Below, piece after piece: positions 57,801 to 63,685 of a stretch of 64,000 nt of DNA. The stretch lies in the IMG/VR virus record IMGVR_UViG_3300009163_000001; one strand, written 5' to 3'. Below the pieces are notes generated by a model. That model had not been told where the DNA came from and did no database searches. It saw only the letters and a program-made list of their open reading frames with translations. Origin of the DNA: an uncultured virus (IMG/VR IMGVR_UViG_3300009163_000001). Lineage: Duplodnaviria > Heunggongvirae > Uroviricota > Caudoviricetes. How positions within the stretch are numbered: the first letter of the stretch is position 1; each line of letters starts with the position of its first letter. The position numbers were made by a program, and so were the translations under genes.

Positions 57801-60020
57801 TTGGATCGCTTTAGAAACAAATCAGTACTAGAAGTAACTATGGAAGAACTATTGCAGTACAAAACAAGAACTGGTAGTTATTCGCCGCATAACACCGCAT
57901 CAGATACTGGTAAGGCTGTAATAGGATTGTTTGGTAGGGGTAATACATATGAGGGATTTGCTGTTAGAAATCTTTCTATTGATGAAGTCCTTAACAGTAA
58001 AGTTCTTAAGGATATCTTTAGGTATGAATACTTTTCAACAAAGAAAAACTTTAGACAGAGCAGAGGATTTGAATTATTAGTACAACGAGAAATTGATAGA
58101 CAACTTGGTGTTACTGGATTTAGGGCATCGGAATTCTTTGAGTCTGGTAGACAAATAGCTTTAGAGGGTGCTGGGTCAAACGATAAGATGGTTGACCATA
58201 TCAACGGAGGCTTTAGTAGAATCTCTGATGACTACAATTCGTATGCTGGTAATCTTCCATCCATCAACAGTAAATATAATAATGTAGATCAGGTTGTATC
58301 TAATATTGGTACAAACATTATTAAGATTGCTTCAGCACCAAAGTGGGCAATCAGAAGTTTAGCTGAGCCTATGGTATTATTAACAGATGAATTAGTTGGT
58401 AGAAATTTTGGTGATAGTATCAATGGAGTATTTAATATATTTAAACAATATATTATGCGTGATAAAAAATCATTTGAAAAAAATTCAGTTAATAATTTAA
58501 TCTTTGGAATGAGAGAAGTTATGAACCATCAAGAAAGATTCTTATCAGAAGCCGATGATATTCTTTCTTCTTCTCTTGGCAGAAATAGATGGGTAGATAG
58601 ATTACTAAGAACAAAAGAAAATGGAACTGTTATTGAAAAAGCTTTTGATATTGGTGGAAACTTTGGAGTAGAGGCTGGAGGCAGCAGGGAATTAAGCACA
58701 GCTGCTAGAGGTATTGCTATTGTAAAGTTTGTAAGAGAGTTTGCGCTTACAATTGACAAGGCTCAAGAACTTTTAGTTCTTATGCAAAAACCAGAGAATA
58801 GAAAAATAGCTGCTGAGTTGAATCAACTATCCAGATCAAAAACATCTGGAAGTGTACAATTAAGCAAACACTTTAAGACACTTGCAAGAGAAGCTAGGTT
58901 TGGTGGTGACTGGGCAACAGCTGCTCAGTATGTCAGATTTAATTTACTTAATAAGGAAACACTGGATGCTATTGCATTTGCATTTAAAGATATGGGTGTT
59001 CGAGATGGTCGGGTTGATATGGCTAAGTTTAGAGAGTGGACACAAGCATATACAACAAATGGTATTGGTCCAATCTCTAAAGAAGTTATGCACCAAGCCT
59101 ACCACGATTTTGCATATGCAATAGAAACTAGAGTAGGAACGGATGGTATGATCTCTGAAGCAAGAGGCTTAAATAGAGATCTGAGTATTGCTAGTAGGAC
59201 ACCACTTGGTCGGTTTATGAAAAGCTTACTACAATGGTCATCTTCGTACTCAAGTAATGTATTACAGAATGGTGGTTTAATGACACCAGCTGGAGTTATT
59301 CTTAAAGCCATTATTATTTATAATGTATATACATACCTAACTGATTTATTAGTAGAGTATGCAAGAGGTAGAGATCCAAAAGATATTGTGAAGGAACTAC
59401 AAGATCCTAAGACATATGTATTTAGAATGGCATCAGAAACGCCAGTACTAGGTAGGTATCAATCCTTGTTATCAGAAGGTCTTGCAATGTCATCAGCATT
59501 AACTGGTGGCAAGTTTCAATCGTTTGGCGTATCAACCAATGTTCCAGCTGCAAGCGTTGCTAATGCATTTATTAGGAAATGGGGCAAGTCTGTTAAAGCT
59601 TTAGCAACTGAAAAGAATCTAACTGCTGGAGAAGTAGCTGGTCATATTGGTAATATCACAGGAGTTAACAGTTTAGTCAATGGAAGTCCAATTGGTGTTG
59701 GTGCTTCTACTATGCAACAGATGGGTATTATCCAACAGCATGATGCTCTTAGCGATTATCTTAAGATTGCTAGAGGAAACCCAGCATCCCTAAATAAGTA
59801 TGGTGGCGTACAACCAGCAAGCAATACTAACTATGACTATAGTCCTAGCTCTGAAACTCAATACGAACTTAAGAGAAGAAAGACTTATGAACAGATGAAG
59901 CAAATAGAGAAGCTTAATAAGATCATGGAGAAACCCAAGTCATTAACACCCATGATGATTAATATCAAGGGTGTCTCCTATGATCTAGCCAAGAAGCTGA
60001 ATGAGATGAACCAGCAATAA
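48849..60020 (+). CDS. giant internal virion/ejection protein (3723 aa, gp16 position), multi-domain
   Basis: Last gene of the internal virion cluster; HELGH...DEFFA zincin motif; sigma-like HTH; AKPTEA repeat. Confidence 0.75.
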   Translation: MSEKNIDINELNAPADIRLGGLYNPEPTPREPELKYNATVPYYIGRSVNNILPSIMSVLTEPLTGDGINPYTEDANNARMGIAPDTLLSSMSNIANWSKNIKTQQDLYPSFTSSPSDAAFDEQLRIENMVNGGTTSGAIGRSVDQTAQKRLIAGYYLNPYFKINANQQLIENRDGFEQRYDEYAASVKLTNDDRFLKEMNATDSKLASTNVKDAKLPELKLLSQKELYEGLKNFNETGAWGRYVANLSAEDGLFSLGWVVKDILTGFGMANPLNKVEGGFELATYQNPWNIMETPVVSLGKDVIDYVAKEDPNFNGPEWFSQLELPVEVRHQMLLNGIDTSSFIGSRGKNEALFTLQNLMFTTTLRDKYENFLKKNEFWNSKTGSLIKIGVSLPNMIASDQDTVLAVGTSLLSAGVSLVSKGTAMTLGAMKLTGAAANTMKTTGVVLSGLGTATALSTGGIPRFLKYANWGTKLGYSIGTGSLIMVARNFKDQQNKIAFTVAGLEEQGKYSYDLSEAATSAFEGAIFGGVMHGVHEGAGYLNNKIRIELNNGIDYNSYTINGPNTKMRPAVTDLYFGEKFKEAQLLDRPAGKYPPLLPFLKAKVSKEERRQYDQVVLGLTPERQLNLDSLTDTLIAESNSKVPEPTPLKEVMINGVRHLFEANEVTPVSSTEHAQHLQEPATIKSRYGNYYFRDGDTNMYIETPEGVVKTNNDNVGFAEYQANKPIEQELPVTPLAEGEKLAVAKDSFSDRSTLVEATDLREVPESGIFSRVEGEAPVAHAVRLLNADQIGGVLDIHPLTEGFGEGRLEATKQLSAYKKALRILEFINENRNESLSDQLELFGVGLDPKIAEKLPQLIKELNSVIKQVEEHTADQVAKDWSPEVSSSMTKNQRVTFQEDLSYQRARLESGVEPKQIYKALDQAVEDGTFTKNYRDAIVKVLTTLGELPKEEVPEVTSAKPTVKNQVRRRLAKIETSSNDRVIRQTTQRFKSVFNDKQQAKARAAYKKPYGSNKAKNGFIKNFSKRLAKNGVSIDTRIEAVKLLSASLANLKVGPAQLLMWVDKIKTIDVNPDGYRGQATASIVPKIDIKLGKNYASELSVNQAPEVVKLTLHELGHIYSYLFSSVEEQKLNDLYTKYVDVYTVKKYMLNENALFGNAYHLTKQNKYNISNLSGSILSDNFSYDFKGVDEFFANMFQSTLYNETINALKTTPRNKPVSLWLIDSLVHFKNTWNSIKNIVSDDNLNGLTKGIFELIKKIDKQTYLTGEEALIRERVSAKIQFRLAQNSSLVNLTDLPNFNGLLSYRNYNEQLGTRLLNMLYDPQSEKLLSSLVDMENHTSEQARSLALDTIRGRIEKEINNLVGVVEGGEAHADPFTEIFRMTSGFEVDTNTVIWKQLAYMLDSDGSIRDVLKQPTEFIISDNMESFPGSKTEPKTTINEYDLESRLVVASIFMPHRISEILQTWQRSAHDTNIIGMGLETNVSNLNVMSNTAKIVVRYLDIRKSVDDYKATAFAYAVPDLFKDNKSNRAFYTEFSSIADFVNMLHSNENAEVNINTLQDRLIYLSKEKYAVGDPIAGSYLQQFLFLDDILEHLNQEFGIRLKEKQNIFTPELDRGAKEVINDLITSPFIPNNRKYEIINLSVRGGKTKHGFNSFFEVAADLDRNDNLRSMVYGFLDKLNLDGVTFDTRLKEASLRLLDTSDIDKKVIETEDLFTLARLIANEILGPDKVEIVKQNITTRKKLLKAKPELVEKIKTKQQEVAVAKIKAASVKVKTEPINNNEVSELLADAASEPLTADETAVTTNNWKTNPKTTTTDVVSGEIGLTKAKNFSYLSDGPMLTVVDISLLVSTKGNILRKVLFSALGKMRGKLSIEGKEDMLSELGLAIQYEPTTKKAYETILADGKDVKPRIVGLSKKVLFNAIQTKIRNESILSSTGESQKKENSIIGPDGESMDFAQVVNNKRRTTERTLNEAMMALNQVGLTKDTIDKFETFSRLRLTPGSTEKSVAEIMGMTEDAMNKLVHRVKEAFKKKQITIDILDGKITDINPQQLASRMARIELENSTTTELANPIEAAKKAIKPLRERMAIATRREATAEIFKDAVVDTSTEPSVAMPIVNKSKTKETMYATTLDGTSESVPNGTVLVAHEIATTIAESKQAEITTQVVVDITKPTIELVAGNGLVDTLKNTPASVFEEVGLEKEALIETLVAVNNPEEVLMNILKENEVPPATITITNKAKKTKAIIVLEPEVAKVTGVIDNTVESPTVRNVGTEPAKVDPSIVIESTVKNPEKEVIIFDKSTGESPDLKPMIVTGTSDRVELSPIDKFDSEVMAGKEMLRLNGQDPKFIKYFLLKFNKLSSALVKNIGVKIDAIPKEFENLLAEIQSYYLAISEHNRSNFPDYVFNSLNDKFWKEFDKQVVADLAARATPLSEMKPKKLGEIIKAASDKVNEFIAYHNKVEIGSVKPERVSLWAEFLPPISPDDFILSTLQTAKDVNESTFITEVRLRPKSEGERLFKAAKQKRITAKTIVEDFKLTPLTEPIESAKPTEVPKPTEAAKPTEAAKPTEAAKPTEAAKPVKEIDTVDTITESLADDLKKRMEDKKNSKDRNGFLRNWWIKYSDMHTMHHTSLNWWSRFWRGSAKEITADANMISRFMRLSSGLIANRSAEGKTIRSLNNVMRLISSFAENGKLMSHQFVKVGIEAFKTFEACASQNFREIIPLYDAQTKFNNAVGHMQMARDLQWNMIKAKAKTKGVLVDSELEKIILTHKPKATKEFIKTVIQRAKELQQVDINDNKLLIDLEVKTKWGRMVDRNGKQMDPNEYHSMTVDSNLVGTQNRTTILEAMADVRSQTLLSEDTLDGNIMFGMGWLTEGTKKNRTIWSRDNRSGVQISDMADSPFDRTTLKMLEAKAKLDGENRYAPGTDLEKIWQLNDKNNHKYFSYIDPATLEVVICSMPEVKAELSAGDLLKYNETVTGSLDHLSPFWLDRFRNKSVLEVTMEELLQYKTRTGSYSPHNTASDTGKAVIGLFGRGNTYEGFAVRNLSIDEVLNSKVLKDIFRYEYFSTKKNFRQSRGFELLVQREIDRQLGVTGFRASEFFESGRQIALEGAGSNDKMVDHINGGFSRISDDYNSYAGNLPSINSKYNNVDQVVSNIGTNIIKIASAPKWAIRSLAEPMVLLTDELVGRNFGDSINGVFNIFKQYIMRDKKSFEKNSVNNLIFGMREVMNHQERFLSEADDILSSSLGRNRWVDRLLRTKENGTVIEKAFDIGGNFGVEAGGSRELSTAARGIAIVKFVREFALTIDKAQELLVLMQKPENRKIAAELNQLSRSKTSGSVQLSKHFKTLAREARFGGDWATAAQYVRFNLLNKETLDAIAFAFKDMGVRDGRVDMAKFREWTQAYTTNGIGPISKEVMHQAYHDFAYAIETRVGTDGMISEARGLNRDLSIASRTPLGRFMKSLLQWSSSYSSNVLQNGGLMTPAGVILKAIIIYNVYTYLTDLLVEYARGRDPKDIVKELQDPKTYVFRMASETPVLGRYQSLLSEGLAMSSALTGGKFQSFGVSTNVPAASVANAFIRKWGKSVKALATEKNLTAGEVAGHIGNITGVNSLVNGSPIGVGASTMQQMGIIQQHDALSDYLKIARGNPASLNKYGGVQPASNTNYDYSPSSETQYELKRRKTYEQMKQIEKLNKIMEKPKSLTPMMINIKGVSYDLAKKLNEMNQQ
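56478..56576 (+). repeat. 18-bp in-frame tandem repeat
   Basis: CTAAGCCAACCGAAGCTG four times (56497-56568) with degenerate flanking copies; encodes (KPTEAA)n. Confidence 0.95.
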
Positions 60021-60032
60021 GAGTGTGTATTA

Positions 60033-60054
60033 CCAATAGTTGGGGCTATAGATA
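60033..60054 (+). promoter_or_regulatory. putative phage RNAP promoter at the right end (phiOR-like)
   Basis: CCAATAGTTGGGGCTATAGATA just after the last structural gene, facing non-coding DNA. Confidence 0.8.
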
Positions 60055-60600
60055 ATACCTAAGGGTATACCTTAGGGATAGTCGAGATCTAAAGATCTCC
60101 TATAGGTTATGTATTTAATTATATTAATACTAATCTATAGGAGATCTTAGTCCGAAGTACAGTTAAGTCTATGGGTTACTTAGGATACCTTAGGGGTCGT
60201 AGTTAGGTACTACTCCCTGTCGAGATCCTTGGTCCCATCCCTGTCGATCTCCGACGGTTCTAGGGGGTTCGGTGCTATACACATCAACAACAACCTGTAT
60301 ACAAATCCAGGATATCTATGCATGTTCCTTGGTTTAACATGGGTGACCGCCCTGTCCATAATATACTGTGAGTTACTTTCAGGATACGCAAGTATTGCAC
60401 AATACATAGACCCTGTGTACCGTTGGGTCTCCCGACACTTATTACGACAATGTGTCGGGACAGCTAGTACGCCATTGGTGACCTAGTAACCCCCAGCCTG
60501 TACCCTAGTACGCCATTGGTGGCTCTTTAGTAAATCGACTTAGGGGTCGAGAATTTATAGACCACCTCTATCCCATGTTGTACTCCCGCCGTCCCCCCAT
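60055..60600. other. probable genome-end / concatemer-junction region
   Basis: Non-coding; 18-bp hairpin 60092-60148; direct repeats TCCCTGTCGA (60214, 60238) and CTAGTACGCCATTGGTG (60464, 60505); lies between the last late and first early gene. Confidence 0.55.
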
Positions 60601-60655
60601 AGCCCGATAACCACGGCGATTGCACATAGTCCCATAAGTCACTAATTTAATATCC

Positions 60656-61124
60656 TTGTGGCGGTTTATTCCCTTGAATGATACTTAAGTACTCGGGGAT
60701 ACTAAATACGAAACAAGTGACCATAGAAGTAAATTGTTTCCGCTGATTACATGGTTGAGTTCAATCAACCGTTGCGCCTTGAGCAGACTTATGCTCTCTA
60801 AGGGCTACCCTTCCTTGTTGAAGTTGGGGTAACAACGGACTCGGGATGGTTCAATCGGTTGCTCGGACTGAGCGTAACGGCGTATGCCACCAACTCCGCA
60901 GAGATTCTCTGTAGTGGAGTGATTCATTCAAACACATGAATCGTAATAATTCTAGTTGTTCCTAGAATTGTCTCTTATGCTTGCCTTACGGCTATCCGCT
61001 GAGAGTATAAAGAAACGCTTGGCAACGATTCTGCTTTTTTCCAAGAGCATAGTCCGTTGCTAGGCGTGATTTCCACTAAGATTAGTGGCATTCACGCCGT
61101 TCCCTACAAGGTGTAGGGGATAGC
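60656..61124 (+). ncRNA. candidate large structured RNA / early leader
   Basis: No ORF; more than ten helices with G-U pairs and nested long-range pairings. Confidence 0.55.
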
Positions 61125-61149
61125 AATAATACCTAACATGGAGATACTA

Positions 61150-61458
61150 ATGAAACTTTCAAGTCAAGTTTGGGCTGAATTATCGTACAACGATCAATCG
61201 AATGTGATTATCGACCTGTACCAAGTATGTTTGAAGACTGGTTACTGTTCCAACAAGGGTCGTAAGCCTGTAGAAGACCTTCAACTCGTGATTCAGCATG
61301 TATTTGGAATCAAGTTGGATACTGCGGCATTCGCATTGCGTTGCAAAGGTTTATTGAACAAGGGCGATAGCAATTCTCAGAACAAGGCATTGCGTCAACA
61401 ACAGATGTTGAAGACTCTTGCTGAACTCTTTGCCGCCGCTAAGCCTGTTACTGCCTGA
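61150..61458 (+). CDS. hypothetical early protein
   Basis: CCTAACATGGAG SD module followed by ATG 61150. Confidence 0.75.
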   Translation: MKLSSQVWAELSYNDQSNVIIDLYQVCLKTGYCSNKGRKPVEDLQLVIQHVFGIKLDTAAFALRCKGLLNKGDSNSQNKALRQQQMLKTLAELFAAAKPVTA

Positions 61459-61462
61459 TAAG

Positions 61463-61546
61463 GTAACGATTGCCTACCTCGCCCCATAGGGAAACCTATG
61501 GGGCTTTATAGGTTACCGTTGGTAACTATTAACCCCTAACATGGAG
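61463..61546 (+). repeat. intergenic module copy 1 (GAAA hairpin plus 40-bp repeat with SD)
   Basis: GCCCCATAGG-GAAA-CCTATGGGGC, then 61507-61546, identical to 61854-61893. Confidence 0.9.
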
Positions 61547-61553
61547 AGTAACT

Positions 61554-61808
61554 ATGACTATGCGAAACTTAACAGTAGTGCGCCAAGTAACTAAGTCTGC
61601 TAATGTTCTATCGGTTGGATTCATTCAAGCGAATGATGCCGCAATGGCTGAGATTGCTACGCTCAAAGAGCAGGTACTCGGTCTTACTCGTACGATTGAA
61701 GCAATGAAACTCGCTGAGAGTAATCGCCTAGACTCGGAGTTCCGTTCTACTCAACATAAACTTGAGGCAAGTAATGCAATGCGATTAGCAATGATTGCCT
61801 CACTCTGA
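61554..61808 (+). CDS. hypothetical coiled-coil early protein
   Basis: GGAG SD from the repeat module. Confidence 0.75.
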   Translation: MTMRNLTVVRQVTKSANVLSVGFIQANDAAMAEIATLKEQVLGLTRTIEAMKLAESNRLDSEFRSTQHKLEASNAMRLAMIASL

Positions 61809-61810
61809 GA

Positions 61811-61893
61811 GTAACGATACTCTATACTCCAAGTGTGGGAAACCACACTTGGCTATAGGTTACCGTTGGTAACTATTAACCCCTAACATGGAG
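61811..61893 (+). repeat. intergenic module copy 2
   Basis: CCAAGTGTGG-GAAA-CCACACTTGG, then the same 40-bp sequence. Confidence 0.9.
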
Positions 61894-61899
61894 TCTATC

Positions 61900-62268
61900 G
61901 TGAGTGATAAGATGATTAAAGATGGAGAGGAAGGTAGATTTGTATCTACATTCTGGCTTGACCAAGCCACCAATAGTTTTAACTTGGTTAAGGGAATGCT
62001 TGAAGAAAATATTGCGTCAGTAAAGTCTTTGCGTCATAGTGTGAGTATTCGTGATACTACTATAGATGGACTCTACAAACTTACTGAAAGTAAAGATGTT
62101 CTAATTAAAGAGAAAGATGCTAGGATTGAATTGCGTAATGAAACTATTATGGATTTACGCAAGACAGTACAAGAGCAAGTCGATGCTCTTGAAGAGCAGT
62201 CTACTATTATTAAAGACCTTAATAGGGTAATCGCTGAGTACCGTAACCTAACAGGAGAAACCAAATGA
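61900..62268 (+). CDS. coiled-coil early protein (paralog family)
   Basis: GTG start 6 nt after GGAG; DLRK..QEQ..A...IKDL motif. Confidence 0.7.
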   Translation: MSDKMIKDGEEGRFVSTFWLDQATNSFNLVKGMLEENIASVKSLRHSVSIRDTTIDGLYKLTESKDVLIKEKDARIELRNETIMDLRKTVQEQVDALEEQSTIIKDLNRVIAEYRNLTGETK

Positions 62269-62579
62269 GTGCTATTGATAGTAAGATTATTAGGTTGTGT
62301 AATAGGCTTGATGTTAAGGATGCTATCATTACATTGTTAGATTCATCCCTTAAAGAGAGGGATGATAGAGTGTCTATCCTTCGCAATATCATTAGTGATA
62401 ATGATAAGACTATTGTGCGTTATACTATGTACGAAGTTCACTTAAAGAAAGAATTGGATATCAAAGATACTATAATCTCAGACTTGCGGAAGGGTATACA
62501 AGAGCAAGCCAATGCTATTAAAGATTTGCTTAACTTGCTTGCTGATTGTCGTACTGAGTTAACAAGAGGTACACGATGA
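62265..62579 (+). CDS. coiled-coil early protein (paralog family)
   Basis: AGGAG SD, ATGA coupling; DLRKGIQEQANAIKDL. Confidence 0.75.
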   Translation: MSAIDSKIIRLCNRLDVKDAIITLLDSSLKERDDRVSILRNIISDNDKTIVRYTMYEVHLKKELDIKDTIISDLRKGIQEQANAIKDLLNLLADCRTELTRGTR

Positions 62580-62791
62580 AAGATAGTAAAGATAGAGAAC
62601 TGATTAGGCATAAAGGTATTCCTGGGTACTTTGTACCTCGGGGACTATATGAACTCATGGAGTTTGGGATTGAAGCGGCACTAGCAGATATTGATAGTAA
62701 GGGTACTAAGATTAAAGACCTTACTAAAGAGATAGAGAGATTGACTAGTGCTATTAGAGAGATTCATCCAAAGTGGAATACAATGGATTAA
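62576..62791 (+). CDS. hypothetical early protein (partial paralog)
   Basis: GAGGT SD, ATGA coupling; IKDL..EI.RLT. Confidence 0.7.
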   Translation: MKDSKDRELIRHKGIPGYFVPRGLYELMEFGIEAALADIDSKGTKIKDLTKEIERLTSAIREIHPKWNTMD

Positions 62792-63215
62792 GGGTTCGCC
62801 CTTAAGTACCTTCGGGTACTTAGTAGGTATCACTAGGTAATGCCTAGTGTATCCTATAGAACACAGTGCTTCATAGGTCAGATAAAGAATGACTATGGTA
62901 CTGTGTTCTATAGGATAAGTAGTACAAATACCCTAGCACCACAGTAAGTCTATGGGTATTACCCTATGAGTCCTTGCATCATGGTACTATAGTCGAAAGA
63001 CTATGGTACTATTTATCGGGTTATGTGGGTATATTAGTATCCATATACAGGAGTATTAGATGTAAACTAATACTCAAAGGTACTGTGACTAATATCATAG
63101 TATGACATCGTATGCGATTAGCATATAAGTTATAGAGTCTTTGACTCTAATGAAGTGGGTAGTTACATACCACACAACTATGGTACTACAGTCGAAAGAC
63201 TATAGTATTATTTAT
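62788..63215 (+). other. non-coding hairpin array
   Basis: About ten consecutive hairpins, including TTCG and GAAA tetraloops, a 20-bp stem and a 36-nt direct repeat (62981, 63180). Confidence 0.65.
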
Positions 63216-63275
63216 GACACCTGTAGTGTATCGTATACACCTGTAGTGTCTGTTTCTTTCAGAGGATATACTGCT

Positions 63276-63398
63276 ATGCATGATCTTGTATTCACTATAC
63301 AGAAAGTTACTACTGTGATGGGAGTATGTTGTGGATTGTTTGGTATGCTTATGATTCTTATTGGTACTCTTATGGCATTCATTGGAGAAACACTATGA
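63276..63398 (+). CDS. small membrane protein
   Basis: GAGG SD; hydrophobic; ATGA coupling to the next gene. Confidence 0.6.
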   Translation: MHDLVFTIQKVTTVMGVCCGLFGMLMILIGTLMAFIGETL

Positions 63399-63685
63399 TA
63401 ACTCAGTACCATAGTAATGGATTCAGCATTAACTTTGTCAACGGCTATAGTATATCTGTGATATGGAACACAGGTTCTTATAGTGACAATAGGTCTAACT
63501 TTTTACCTACCTCGTCAACTGTTGAAGTAGGTATCTTTGCTACTGCTGATGGAACGAGTAAGTTTATACGACCTGATTATCGGTTTGAACCTGAAGAATC
63601 TAATGATGTTATTCCGTTTGTTGAGGTGGAGTTACTCGCTAAATTGATTGCGTGGACTAGTGGGTTACGGAGTGTAACACCATGA
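63395..63685 (+). CDS. conserved hypothetical phage protein
   Basis: GGAG SD; F.NGYSISV....GSY...VEV pattern. Confidence 0.7.
   Translation: MITQYHSNGFSINFVNGYSISVIWNTGSYSDNRSNFLPTSSTVEVGIFATADGTSKFIRPDYRFEPEESNDVIPFVEVELLAKLIAWTSGLRSVTP

Noticed and set aside
60229..60486. 85-aa + strand ORF in the end region
   Set aside because: TTG start without SD; overlaps repeats and hairpins; not protein-like.
60620..60648. Host sigma70 promoter TTGCAC-17-TAATTT
   Set aside because: Position is plausible but the -10 match is weak in AT-rich DNA; not supportable without start-site data.
60675..60716. Hammerhead ribozyme (TGAATGA...CGAAAC)
   Set aside because: The CUGANGA core is absent and the stems do not fit.
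60835..60895. tmRNA-like 3' end (GGACTCGGG...CCACCA)
   Set aside because: No proper T arm next to an acceptor strand and no matching 5' tRNA-like domain.
61507..61893. 40-bp direct repeats as att sites or IS ends
   Set aside because: No integrase or transposase in the window; the repeats carry the SD and behave as expression modules.
62981..63215. 36-nt palindromic repeat pair as a CRISPR mini-array
   Set aside because: Only two copies, 163 nt apart, no typical repeat end and no cas genes.
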